A stretch of 47,517 nucleotides of DNA. It comes from Crocinitomicaceae bacterium. Lineage in GTDB: Bacteria > Bacteroidota > Bacteroidia > Flavobacteriales_D > Crocinitomicaceae. Within the stretch, counting starts at the first letter, position 1. Each line of letters starts with the position of its first letter. The translations under genes and the position numbers were made by a program. The notes beneath the pieces are model-generated. The model was not told where the DNA came from, searched no databases, and saw only the letters and a list, made by a program, of their open reading frames with translations. The stretch lies in NCBI GenBank assembly GCA_044353285.1, contig JBILCD010000001.1, positions 1-47,517 of the forward strand, given 5' to 3'. This document shows, in pieces, positions 1 to 7,710 of this stretch.

Positions 1-60
1 TAAAGCTTAGGCAAGCAAAGGTTATAATAATGCTAAACTTAAAAGCAAACTGTTTAGTAA

Positions 61-522
61 TCATTTTATTTTTCTTATTTCTTTATGCATTATTTCCCCA
101 CCGCTCGTGGCTGTTTTTATCCCTAAATATATCGCAAAAATGGCTAATAATGCAAGTCCTATTGAAAGTGCATTCGAACGTTTGTTTTTTTTCCAAGAAA
201 GCCACATAGCAAGCAAGGAAATGGCTGATAACAAGTAGGTAACCAGTGAAAAGGTTTCTGCGTGTTCTTCGTGTTGATGAATAAACGTGCCGCTGGTTTT
301 TTCTAATCCCTCCACTATTTCCTCTGCACCCTCACCAGTATTCATAGAAAGGAATGCTGCTATCCCGGCAAATACAAAAAGAGAAAGTGCGAGTCGTTTC
401 ACCAAACCATTCTTAAATAGAAACCCGAATAACAACAAGAAACAACCCATTATTGGTAAAAAAATGGGTAGGTGATTAATAACTAGGTGAGAATAAGGTG
501 ACTTTAATGCATTTTCTAACAT
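61..522 (-). CDS. hypothetical integral membrane protein (about 4 hydrophobic helices, DUF2231-like N-terminus)
   Basis: 153-aa ORF with an ATG start. It has four long hydrophobic stretches. The N-terminal HLVINHLPIFLPI resembles the HPxxVHFPI-type signature I associate with DUF2231 membrane proteins. No catalytic motif recognised. Confidence 0.5.
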   Translation of the reverse strand: MLENALKSPYSHLVINHLPIFLPIMGCFLLLFGFLFKNGLVKRLALSLFVFAGIAAFLSMNTGEGAEEIVEGLEKTSGTFIHQHEEHAETFSLVTYLLSAISLLAMWLSWKKNKRSNALSIGLALLAIFAIYLGIKTATSGGEIMHKEIRKIK

Positions 523-693
523 CCTTCTTTTTGTGTACTAATGTAAGAAATTCTATTTAAATACCATATTTTTTACCTTTTTCTCCTTTCTTTTTCCTTA
601 ATTTGTGTGCCTATAAATCATTAATATGTTTTATTAAAGTAGTAATTCAATTAAGAAAAGCCCTCTCGCAACCATATATTTTATAGATTAATT

Positions 694-2157
694 ATGATGA
701 ATTTCGACTTCTTATTTACCAATTTATTTGATAAAAATATTGCCTTTTATATTGATGAAAAAGAATACACTTATTTAGAATTTAAACAGACCGTGTTTTC
801 TATATCAAATAGAATAAATGAACATAACATAGAGGGCCAAAACATTGGCGTTTATCTTTCTGATGACCTTTATTCCTATGCTGCATTTATTGCTATTTGG
901 TTAACTAAAAATGCATATGTCCCTATTCATCCTTCCTATCCGGATAACAGAAGGATTGATATAATCAATCAAGGGGAAATTAATTATGTGCTTGTAACTG
1001 ATTCCCACCCTATTTGTGTCGTTGGCCCTACCAATATTAACATTTCTTCGCTTCATCCTGCCGAAAAACTCTCCTTTCATTATCTCGAGCATATCAAAAG
1101 TGACTTAATGTATATTCTTTTTACCTCAGGCAGCACGGGGGCCCCAAAAGGAGTACAAATTAACTGTGGAAATTTATGTTCTTTTATGGACCATCTGACT
1201 TCTGTCAAAATGCCACTTACTGTTGGGGATCGGTTTCTTCAAATGTTTGAACTGACCTTTGATTTATCTGTCGTGTCATTTTTGTTTCCCTTACAACTTG
1301 GGGGAACCGTATACCATGTTGGAACCAACCAAGTAAAATATCTAGAAATCTACCGCCTTCTTGAAGAATATGCTATTAATTACGCCATCATTGTTCCTTC
1401 CGTTTTGGCTATGTTAAGGCCCTACTTTGAAGACATCGATTTGCCAAACTTAAAAGTTGTTGCATTAAGCGGGGAGGCCGTTCCTTTAAAACTTACCGAA
1501 GAATTTCAATTGTGTTGTCCAAATGCATCCTTTTTTAATTACTATGGCCCAACAGAATGCACCATTTTTTGTACAACATATGCCATCCCGAGGACTGAAA
1601 TAAAGTCCGCTAACGGAATTGTTTCTATAGGCAAACCCACTCTAAATAGCGTATATAAATTATGTGAATTACCAAAAGATGGAGAAGAACTGAATGCCAG
1701 CAGCGAACTGCACATTGGCGGCGAACAAGTTTCTATTGGTTATGTACAAAATGAAGAAATGAATAAAACGTTATTCTATAAAAATGGCGAAACGCCATAT
1801 TATAATACTGGCGATTTAGTCTTTTGCGATGACATGGGGTTTTTGTATTACCTAGGGAGAAAAGATCAACAAGTGAAAATTCAAGGATATCGTATCGAAC
1901 TAATGGAAGTTGAGCACCTGTGCAATAAGGCATTAGAAGCAACCTCGGTGGTGGTGGCTATTAAAAATGAAAAAGGATTTGACGAACTAATTCTTTTTGT
2001 GAAAGAGACCGAAAACAATTCAATTACAGAGAGGCTTAATCAGTATTTACCTAAATATATGGTTCCGAGTAGGATAATTCATATGAAAGACTTCCCGATG
2101 AATGAAAATGGTAAATTGGATAGAAAATCACTAAGAAACTCACTACTTAACTCATAG
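694..2157 (+). CDS. stand-alone AMP-forming adenylating enzyme, DltA / NRPS A-domain-like (carrier-protein ligase)
   Basis: Adenylation core motifs are present: LFTSGSTGAPKGV (A3), FDLSV (A4, as in DltA), NYYGPTEC (A5), YNTGDL (A7), GRKDQQVKIQGYRIEL (A8), NGKLDRK (A10). At 487 aa it is close to DltA in size and has no condensation or thioesterase domain. It is the first gene of a tightly coupled operon. Confidence 0.85.
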   Translation: MMNFDFLFTNLFDKNIAFYIDEKEYTYLEFKQTVFSISNRINEHNIEGQNIGVYLSDDLYSYAAFIAIWLTKNAYVPIHPSYPDNRRIDIINQGEINYVLVTDSHPICVVGPTNINISSLHPAEKLSFHYLEHIKSDLMYILFTSGSTGAPKGVQINCGNLCSFMDHLTSVKMPLTVGDRFLQMFELTFDLSVVSFLFPLQLGGTVYHVGTNQVKYLEIYRLLEEYAINYAIIVPSVLAMLRPYFEDIDLPNLKVVALSGEAVPLKLTEEFQLCCPNASFFNYYGPTECTIFCTTYAIPRTEIKSANGIVSIGKPTLNSVYKLCELPKDGEELNASSELHIGGEQVSIGYVQNEEMNKTLFYKNGETPYYNTGDLVFCDDMGFLYYLGRKDQQVKIQGYRIELMEVEHLCNKALEATSVVVAIKNEKGFDELILFVKETENNSITERLNQYLPKYMVPSRIIHMKDFPMNENGKLDRKSLRNSLLNS

Positions 2158-2158
2158 C

Positions 2159-2821
2159 ATGTATACGATTAGAGAGGCCAAAAAAGAAGATCAAGCATTT
2201 CTCATCTTGTCAATTATTGAAGCCGACAAAAGTTCGACTAATATTTGTTCCTATTGCAAACTCCTCGAAATTGAGGAATTGGAGTTTAAACAATTCCTCC
2301 ATGAAATTTTTGAAGAGGAAATCGCCGGATTTGAATTCTCCGTCGAAGCGTTTGTGGTAGTAGAACATGATGGCAAACCCATAGCAGCAAGCGCTTCTTG
2401 GATTGAGTCGGAGGAAGGCCTCCCATCGTGGCAACTAAGAATGGTTGCCTTAAGAACAGTGCTCCCTGCCATTCACATAACTAATCTGATGGGGAAATCG
2501 GCCATTTGTAATACAATTAATATTAAAAGAAGTGAAGGAACCCTGCAAATTGAGTCTGTTTTTATTAGTTCTGAACACCGCGGCAAGGAATTATTAAAAA
2601 AAATGATTGACTTTCACATAAAATTAAGGTCCAATAACACCAATAATATTGCCTCCATGGAATTATTAACCTATAATTCGAACCTATTGGCGGAAAAAGC
2701 GTACACGAAAATCGGATTTAAAAAAATAGAATACACAACTTCGTCGCACGAGGAAATAAAACACTTTTACCCATCTGATGGGATGACTCGTTGGCAAAAA
2801 ATTATTGAACATGGAAATTGA
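2159..2821 (+). CDS. GNAT-family N-acetyltransferase (substrate unknown)
   Basis: The layout is GNAT-like: IREAKKED N-terminus, FVVVEHDGKPIAASASW beta strands, a motif-A-like VFISSEHRGKELLKKMIDF and a motif-B-like NSNLLAEKAYTKIGFKKI. The ATG lies 1 nt after the stop of the adenylating enzyme. Confidence 0.6.
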   Translation: MYTIREAKKEDQAFLILSIIEADKSSTNICSYCKLLEIEELEFKQFLHEIFEEEIAGFEFSVEAFVVVEHDGKPIAASASWIESEEGLPSWQLRMVALRTVLPAIHITNLMGKSAICNTINIKRSEGTLQIESVFISSEHRGKELLKKMIDFHIKLRSNNTNNIASMELLTYNSNLLAEKAYTKIGFKKIEYTTSSHEEIKHFYPSDGMTRWQKIIEHGN

Positions 2822-3044
2822 AACTAAATTACAAGAGGTTTTTCGTGACGTTTTTCAAGATGAAACGTTGGTAATTTTACCCGAAATGACTGCTGGAGAT
2901 GTTGATAAATGGGATAGTATAACTCATTTGATAATGATTAGTAAAGTGGAGGAGGTTTTTAATGTCTCTTTCCGCTTAAAAGAATTAATCAAACTTAAAA
3001 ATGTTGGTGATTTAATTACTCTTTTAAAAGAAAAAACCGAGTAA
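2811..3044 (+). CDS. dedicated acyl/aminoacyl carrier protein (phosphopantetheine attachment Ser in KWDSITH)
   Basis: About 77 aa, acidic, with a D-S phosphopantetheinylation motif (DKWDSITHLIMISKVEEVF) placed as in carrier-protein helix II. The ORF track starts at TTG 2805; I prefer ATG 2811. It overlaps the GNAT stop (2819-2821) and its TAA abuts the next ATG (3045). Confidence 0.75.
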   Translation: MEIETKLQEVFRDVFQDETLVILPEMTAGDVDKWDSITHLIMISKVEEVFNVSFRLKELIKLKNVGDLITLLKEKTE

Positions 3045-4544
3045 ATGAATAGACAAAGCATACTTTTTATATTGAGTTTGTCTGTTTTTTTAATCACTTT
3101 ATCTTTTCTTTGGCCGAGTGAAGGTGTGATGATTGGCAAACTAAATCTCGTCTTTATAGATGGAGGGGGGATATTTAGCAAAGAAAAAAATAAATTCAAA
3201 GATCCTAGTCTTATCAAAACATCTTTGTCCGCAAATATTAATTCAAAAGACCATCTTAAATTAATAGAACATAAAGATCCTAGTGCGGTATCCTTGCATA
3301 AAAAATTAGATAGTCTTCGTGATAGATTAAATTTAAAACTGACTGAATCAGATTATAAAGAATCAATATTCTTAATTAATCCAGTGAAAAATAATACAAG
3401 TCCTTTGGATAATTTTTTTAAGTCTCTAGTGGATATTAAGCTTGTTGGGTCTGGAGTAATGCGTGTTGGGCACTATGGAGACTCTCAAATTGAAGGCGGC
3501 CGTATGACTAACACCTTGAGGGATTTGTTTCAAGGATATTTTGGAGGTGGAGGTGTGGGCTATGTGCCCTTGGACGACATAACAAGTCCTGTCTCCTTCT
3601 CGAGAACCGTATCGGGTAATTGGACTCGATTCGCAGCAAGTAAAGGACGGCCCAAAGGGGGAAGCTTGGGACCTGGAGGGCTTGCATTCAAATACAACTC
3701 AGGACAAAACCAAACTAAAAAATTAACGAGTGAATCAGGCGCGGCGAATTTTACCTCATGGGCTTCTGGAAATGTCACTTTGAATTTATCAAAATCATAT
3801 TCCAACATGATGATTTGGTATGGTTACGGACAAAAAAACTCGATCCTTAGCGTTTTTTCCGGAAGCAACAAAATTGGGGAGGTCAAGTTAGAAGATAATG
3901 GCGTTTTTAATGCTGTTAAGGTGCCATTATCTACTTCCTCTACTAATATACAATTACGTTTTAGTGGACCATCTCCCTTTTTATATGGCGCCACTTTTGA
4001 TGAATCGAAGGGGGTGCAATTTGATAATTATGGGGTTCGGGGGCATTCGGGAGAGGGATTCCTAACTATAAATCAAGACGATCTTTCTGGCATGTTTCAG
4101 AAAATAAATAATAAACTGGCCATCGTTCAGTTTGGAGGTAATGTAACTCCTTATTTAAAGACCGAGGCATCCCTCAAAAAAATGAAGGATATTTATCAAA
4201 ATATTTATCTTCGGTTTAAGAAAGCGTTGCCCGAAGGAAGCGTATTAATAGTAAGTGTTAATGATGTTTCTAGATTAATAAAAGGGGGGTATGAATCATA
4301 TCCAAATATTAGTTCTCTAAGGTATATTCAAAGAGAATTAGCAATCGAAAATAATTGTGCCTTCTTTGATTTATATCAATTTATGGGCGGAGAATCCTCA
4401 ATTAATGTTTGGAGCGAAGCAAATTTAGGGGCTAAGGATGGGCATTTTTCAACAACCGGTAGGGATATTGTTGCTAAAGAGCTCTTTAAAGCGTTGATGT
4501 ACGAATTCAATAATTACAAAACTAGGCATGACATTAAAGAATAA
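3045..4544 (+). CDS. membrane-anchored SGNH/GDSL-family hydrolase or acyltransferase (DltD/PatB/AlgX-like role possible)
   Basis: There is an N-terminal hydrophobic anchor, ILFILSLSVFLITLSFLW. SGNH blocks: I VGHYGDSQIEGG, II YGVRGHSGEG, III VQFGGNV, V AKDGHFSTTGRDIVAKEL (D-x-H spacing, one residue shorter than the canonical DxxH). Confidence 0.6.
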   Translation: MNRQSILFILSLSVFLITLSFLWPSEGVMIGKLNLVFIDGGGIFSKEKNKFKDPSLIKTSLSANINSKDHLKLIEHKDPSAVSLHKKLDSLRDRLNLKLTESDYKESIFLINPVKNNTSPLDNFFKSLVDIKLVGSGVMRVGHYGDSQIEGGRMTNTLRDLFQGYFGGGGVGYVPLDDITSPVSFSRTVSGNWTRFAASKGRPKGGSLGPGGLAFKYNSGQNQTKKLTSESGAANFTSWASGNVTLNLSKSYSNMMIWYGYGQKNSILSVFSGSNKIGEVKLEDNGVFNAVKVPLSTSSTNIQLRFSGPSPFLYGATFDESKGVQFDNYGVRGHSGEGFLTINQDDLSGMFQKINNKLAIVQFGGNVTPYLKTEASLKKMKDIYQNIYLRFKKALPEGSVLIVSVNDVSRLIKGGYESYPNISSLRYIQRELAIENNCAFFDLYQFMGGESSINVWSEANLGAKDGHFSTTGRDIVAKELFKALMYEFNNYKTRHDIKE

Positions 4545-6141
4545 TTCAAGTTTGCTTTTCTTTCTTTTAGCTGTTAATGTCTGCTTTTCTCAACAGCAAG
4601 TGTCTGACACTGCGTCTTTAAATAAACTCGTTAAATATTCCGTTTCTCCGAATTTTGTTGACTTCAAAACAAATTATTTTGAATGGCAAAACCCGTTATC
4701 TGTTGGGGGTTTTTATGATAAATTGAAAAAAGGAGACAATGTAACAATCTTACATATCGGCGATTCTCACCTGCAATTCGATTTAGGAGCAGGAACGACA
4801 AGAAAAAGACTTCAGCAAGTATTTGGCAGTAGGGGGAGAGGGCTCGTTTTTCCTTATGCTGCTGCGGGAACACACTCTACTTATGACTATTCAAGCGCTT
4901 CTTTTGGAAACTGGAGAAGTAATAAAAATGTCAGTAAAAACATTAGCTATAAACTTGGCGTCTCTGGTATCACTATAAATACACGAGATTCCCTTGCCGG
5001 ATTTTCGTTTTCTTTCTACAACAGTGACCTTCGAGAAGAAGAAATTAATTTAGCCGTCCTATTTTTTAAAAATACTGACTCTTCTTTTAATATTAAATAC
5101 CGATTAAACAAAAATGATGACTGGATTTTTGTCAACGTTCATAATTCAACTAACAAAAATTGTGTGCAAATTCCTCTCGCAGCCTCTAAATTTGATCGAT
5201 ACTTTGAGTTACGCTGTGTTAAATCAGACTCTACACAAAAAGAATTTGAGTGTTCAGGTGTTTCTTTTGAATCAACAGAAAAAAAAGGCGTTCTATATCA
5301 CAGCGTTGGAATTAATGGGGCGCGAATTTTGAGCTTTTTGAAGCAGGAATTAAACGACGAGCAACTAAAAACTCTTAATCCTGACATTATTATTTTTGAT
5401 CTGGCAGCAAATGATTTAGCTTTTGGGGCTTTTGATTCTATTGGTCTTAGAAAATCCCTTCTGCGTTCCCTAAACGTTATTCGAAGCTCACTGCCTAATG
5501 CGTCCATATTAATAGCAAATATTCAAGACATTAGTGTAAAGGAAAGATCAGTAATAAATGCCATGTATTATTCTGCTTTTTTGAGAAAATTCTCAAAAAC
5601 AAATCAGATTGCTTTTTATGATTACTATGACATTGCTGGGGGTAAAGGCTCAATAAATAAATGGCTTAAAGCCGGGCTTTGTAAATCGGACAAATGTCAT
5701 TTATCTAGAAGTGGTTACATTTTGAAAGGAGAACTCTTTGCTAATGCTCTGCTTAACTCTTTTGGAAATTATTTAATGCATCCTAATGATTCGTTTTTGC
5801 TAATACGAAAGCCTATTGTCATCGAAATTAAAATTAAAGATTCTCTCAATACTTCTGTCCTCGTTAGCAAAGAAATCCCTATAAAAAAAGATGTTGTCGT
5901 GAAAGAGAAGGCCCCCGTAAAACCTGTTCCAGTAGTCGTTAAACCGGTTCCGGCAGTTGTTAAACCTGTTCGAGCAGTCGTTAAACCGAAAAAGCCGGAG
6001 CCGAAATACTATGTTGTAAAAAAAGGTGATAACTTATCACGAATAGCGAATAAATACAAGACGTCCGTAAAGGCACTTCAGCTTAAAAATAAATTAAAAA
6101 CTGATTTTTTACAAATTGGTCAAAAGCTACTAATACCATGA
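4528..6141 (+). CDS. secreted SGNH/GDSL-family protein with a Pro/Val/Lys repeat linker and a C-terminal LysM domain
   Basis: The signal peptide is MTLKNNSSLLFFLLAVNVCFSQQ. SGNH blocks: I ILHIGDSHLQ, II SVGINGARI, III IIFDLAANDL, V SDKCHLSRSGYILKGELFA (DxxH). A KPVPxVV x3 linker is followed by a LysM domain. It overlaps the upstream gene by 17 nt. Confidence 0.65.
   Translation: MTLKNNSSLLFFLLAVNVCFSQQQVSDTASLNKLVKYSVSPNFVDFKTNYFEWQNPLSVGGFYDKLKKGDNVTILHIGDSHLQFDLGAGTTRKRLQQVFGSRGRGLVFPYAAAGTHSTYDYSSASFGNWRSNKNVSKNISYKLGVSGITINTRDSLAGFSFSFYNSDLREEEINLAVLFFKNTDSSFNIKYRLNKNDDWIFVNVHNSTNKNCVQIPLAASKFDRYFELRCVKSDSTQKEFECSGVSFESTEKKGVLYHSVGINGARILSFLKQELNDEQLKTLNPDIIIFDLAANDLAFGAFDSIGLRKSLLRSLNVIRSSLPNASILIANIQDISVKERSVINAMYYSAFLRKFSKTNQIAFYDYYDIAGGKGSINKWLKAGLCKSDKCHLSRSGYILKGELFANALLNSFGNYLMHPNDSFLLIRKPIVIEIKIKDSLNTSVLVSKEIPIKKDVVVKEKAPVKPVPVVVKPVPAVVKPVRAVVKPKKPEPKYYVVKKGDNLSRIANKYKTSVKALQLKNKLKTDFLQIGQKLLIP
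5920..5982 (+). repeat. three tandem imperfect 21-nt repeats (aaaccKgttcSRgYagtYgtt) encoding KPVPxVV, plus a partial fourth copy
   Basis: Direct reading gives 5920-5940 aaacctgttccagtagtcgtt, 5941-5961 aaaccggttccggcagttgtt and 5962-5982 aaacctgttcgagcagtcgtt, followed by aaaccgaaaaagccg. The repeats are in frame with the 4528-6141 CDS. Confidence 0.9.
6007..6138 (+). other. LysM peptidoglycan-binding domain (C-terminal 44 aa of the 4528-6141 protein)
   Basis: YYVVKKGDNLSRIANKYKTSVKALQLKNKLKTDFLQIGQKLLIP fits the LysM pattern (Y.VkkGDtL..IA.ky...v..L...N.l....l..GQ.L.IP). Confidence 0.8.
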
Positions 6142-7619
6142 ATATTGACTTCTTAATTTCAAGTTTAATGTATGACCCGAAAAATCCGATGTTATTTCAA
6201 TCGGTATTATTTTTTGGTTCGTTTAGTATTTTCTACCTGATTTATTCCTTTTTTAATAACGAAGTAAAGGTTAGAAATGCTTTGCTTTTGGCATTTAGTT
6301 TATTCTTTTACTATAAAATAAGTGGCGGATTTGTTTTGGCGCTTATATTTATGGCTAGTGTAGACTATCTAGTTGCTAGAAATCTCCCTCATGCTAAAAG
6401 CGAAAGAAAAAAAATACTCCTGCTTTCCCTATCTCTTTTTATTAATGTTGGGGGATTACTCTTTTTTAAATACACTTATTTTTTCCTTGATGTATATAAT
6501 TCCGTTTCAGGATCAACGGTTTCTTTGGCCATGAAAATAATTCAACCCATCGGAATAAGTTATTTCGTTTTCAAAAGCTTGGGCTATGTTCTTGATGTTA
6601 AACGGGAAATGATTGAAGAGCCCGAAAAAAATTATGCTAACTATTTATTGTACGTATCATTTTTTCCAAATATTCTTGCGGGACCAATATCAAAGGCTCG
6701 AGACCTCCTTCCTAAATTTAAAGAAAAAAGTGTGGTTGATAAAAAAATCATTAACGCTGCGGTATTTATGATAATAATTGGCCTTATTAAAAAAATTGCG
6801 ATTGCAGATTATTTAGCTGCTAATATGGTCGGGCGAGTGTTTGAAAGCCCTCAGTTTTTTTCGGGGGTTGACTTATTTATGGCTTGCTATGGAGGACTCA
6901 TTCAATTGTTTTTTGATTTTTCAGGATATACAGACATTGTTGTAGGGCTTGCCTTATTGATGGGGTTTCAGATTAAAGGTAATTTTAATCAGCCATTTAA
7001 AGCAAAAAACATCACTGACTTTTGGAGGCGATGGCACATTTCTCTATATGAATGGTTGTCTGAATACATTTACCAACCCCTTGCTTTTATTTGGCGCAAG
7101 CAGAAATTGTTAGGCACCTTAATGGCGGTTATTATCACCTTTTTAATTTCTGGTATTTGGCACGGCCCTAATTGGGTTTTTATTGTTTGGGGTAGCTTAC
7201 ATGGGCTAATGATTTGTTGGGATGTGCTAACATCGAAATACAGAAGTAAACTCGCTACTTTAGGTGGGAAATATTATTCTTTTTTTAGTGTGTTCCTCAC
7301 CTTTCACTTTATTGTTTTTTCAGCCGTCTTATTAAAATCTCCCTCTTTTAACTATACGATTGATTACTACAGCCAGCTGTTGACAACATTCGACCCCAAG
7401 ATGCTCATTAAATGGTTTGAAATATATTCATGGCCATTTGGGGTAATGATTATTGGCCTCGCCCTGCAGTTCCTGCCTCTAAATTTCTATTCCAAACTTG
7501 AAAATAATTTTGTAAAAACCCCGCTAATACTTTCGTCTATAATCCTTGTAATTATTATTTTTTCGCTATACCAACTTTCGTACATGGAAGCGATGCCCTT
7601 TTTATATATTGTTTATTAG
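6138..7619 (+). CDS. MBOAT-family membrane-bound O-acyltransferase (DltB/AlgI/PatA-like)
   Basis: 493 aa, polytopic. The MBOAT signature region is ITDFWRRWHISLYEWLSEYIYQPL, containing the conserved His, followed by SGIWHGPNW. The start overlaps the upstream stop in ATGA (6138-6141). Confidence 0.85.
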   Translation: MNIDFLISSLMYDPKNPMLFQSVLFFGSFSIFYLIYSFFNNEVKVRNALLLAFSLFFYYKISGGFVLALIFMASVDYLVARNLPHAKSERKKILLLSLSLFINVGGLLFFKYTYFFLDVYNSVSGSTVSLAMKIIQPIGISYFVFKSLGYVLDVKREMIEEPEKNYANYLLYVSFFPNILAGPISKARDLLPKFKEKSVVDKKIINAAVFMIIIGLIKKIAIADYLAANMVGRVFESPQFFSGVDLFMACYGGLIQLFFDFSGYTDIVVGLALLMGFQIKGNFNQPFKAKNITDFWRRWHISLYEWLSEYIYQPLAFIWRKQKLLGTLMAVIITFLISGIWHGPNWVFIVWGSLHGLMICWDVLTSKYRSKLATLGGKYYSFFSVFLTFHFIVFSAVLLKSPSFNYTIDYYSQLLTTFDPKMLIKWFEIYSWPFGVMIIGLALQFLPLNFYSKLENNFVKTPLILSSIILVIIIFSLYQLSYMEAMPFLYIVY

Positions 7620-7698
7620 TTCTTGATTACGGCGGTTTTAAGTTCTGTTGGATGGATATATTTTGTTGGCTATAGTACCTTTTTTTCTTAAAATAGAT

Positions 7699-7706
7699 TA
7701 GTTTTG
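7699..7706 (+). promoter_or_regulatory. Bacteroidota-type -7 promoter box TAGTTTTG (TAnnTTTG), 4 nt upstream of the asnS ATG (leaderless candidate)
   Basis: Exact match to TAnnTTTG in the 91-nt gap upstream of asnS. This is a motif match only. Confidence 0.35.
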
Positions 7707-7710
7707 TGGC

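Noticed and set aside
7032-7063. TGGCAC hexamers (7032-7037 and 7058-7063) as possible sigma-54 -24 elements, given rpoN in the window.
   Set aside because: Both lie inside the MBOAT coding sequence (they encode the WH motifs). Neither is followed by TTGC at the required 5-nt spacing. No GG-N10-GC promoter was found in any intergenic region I inspected.
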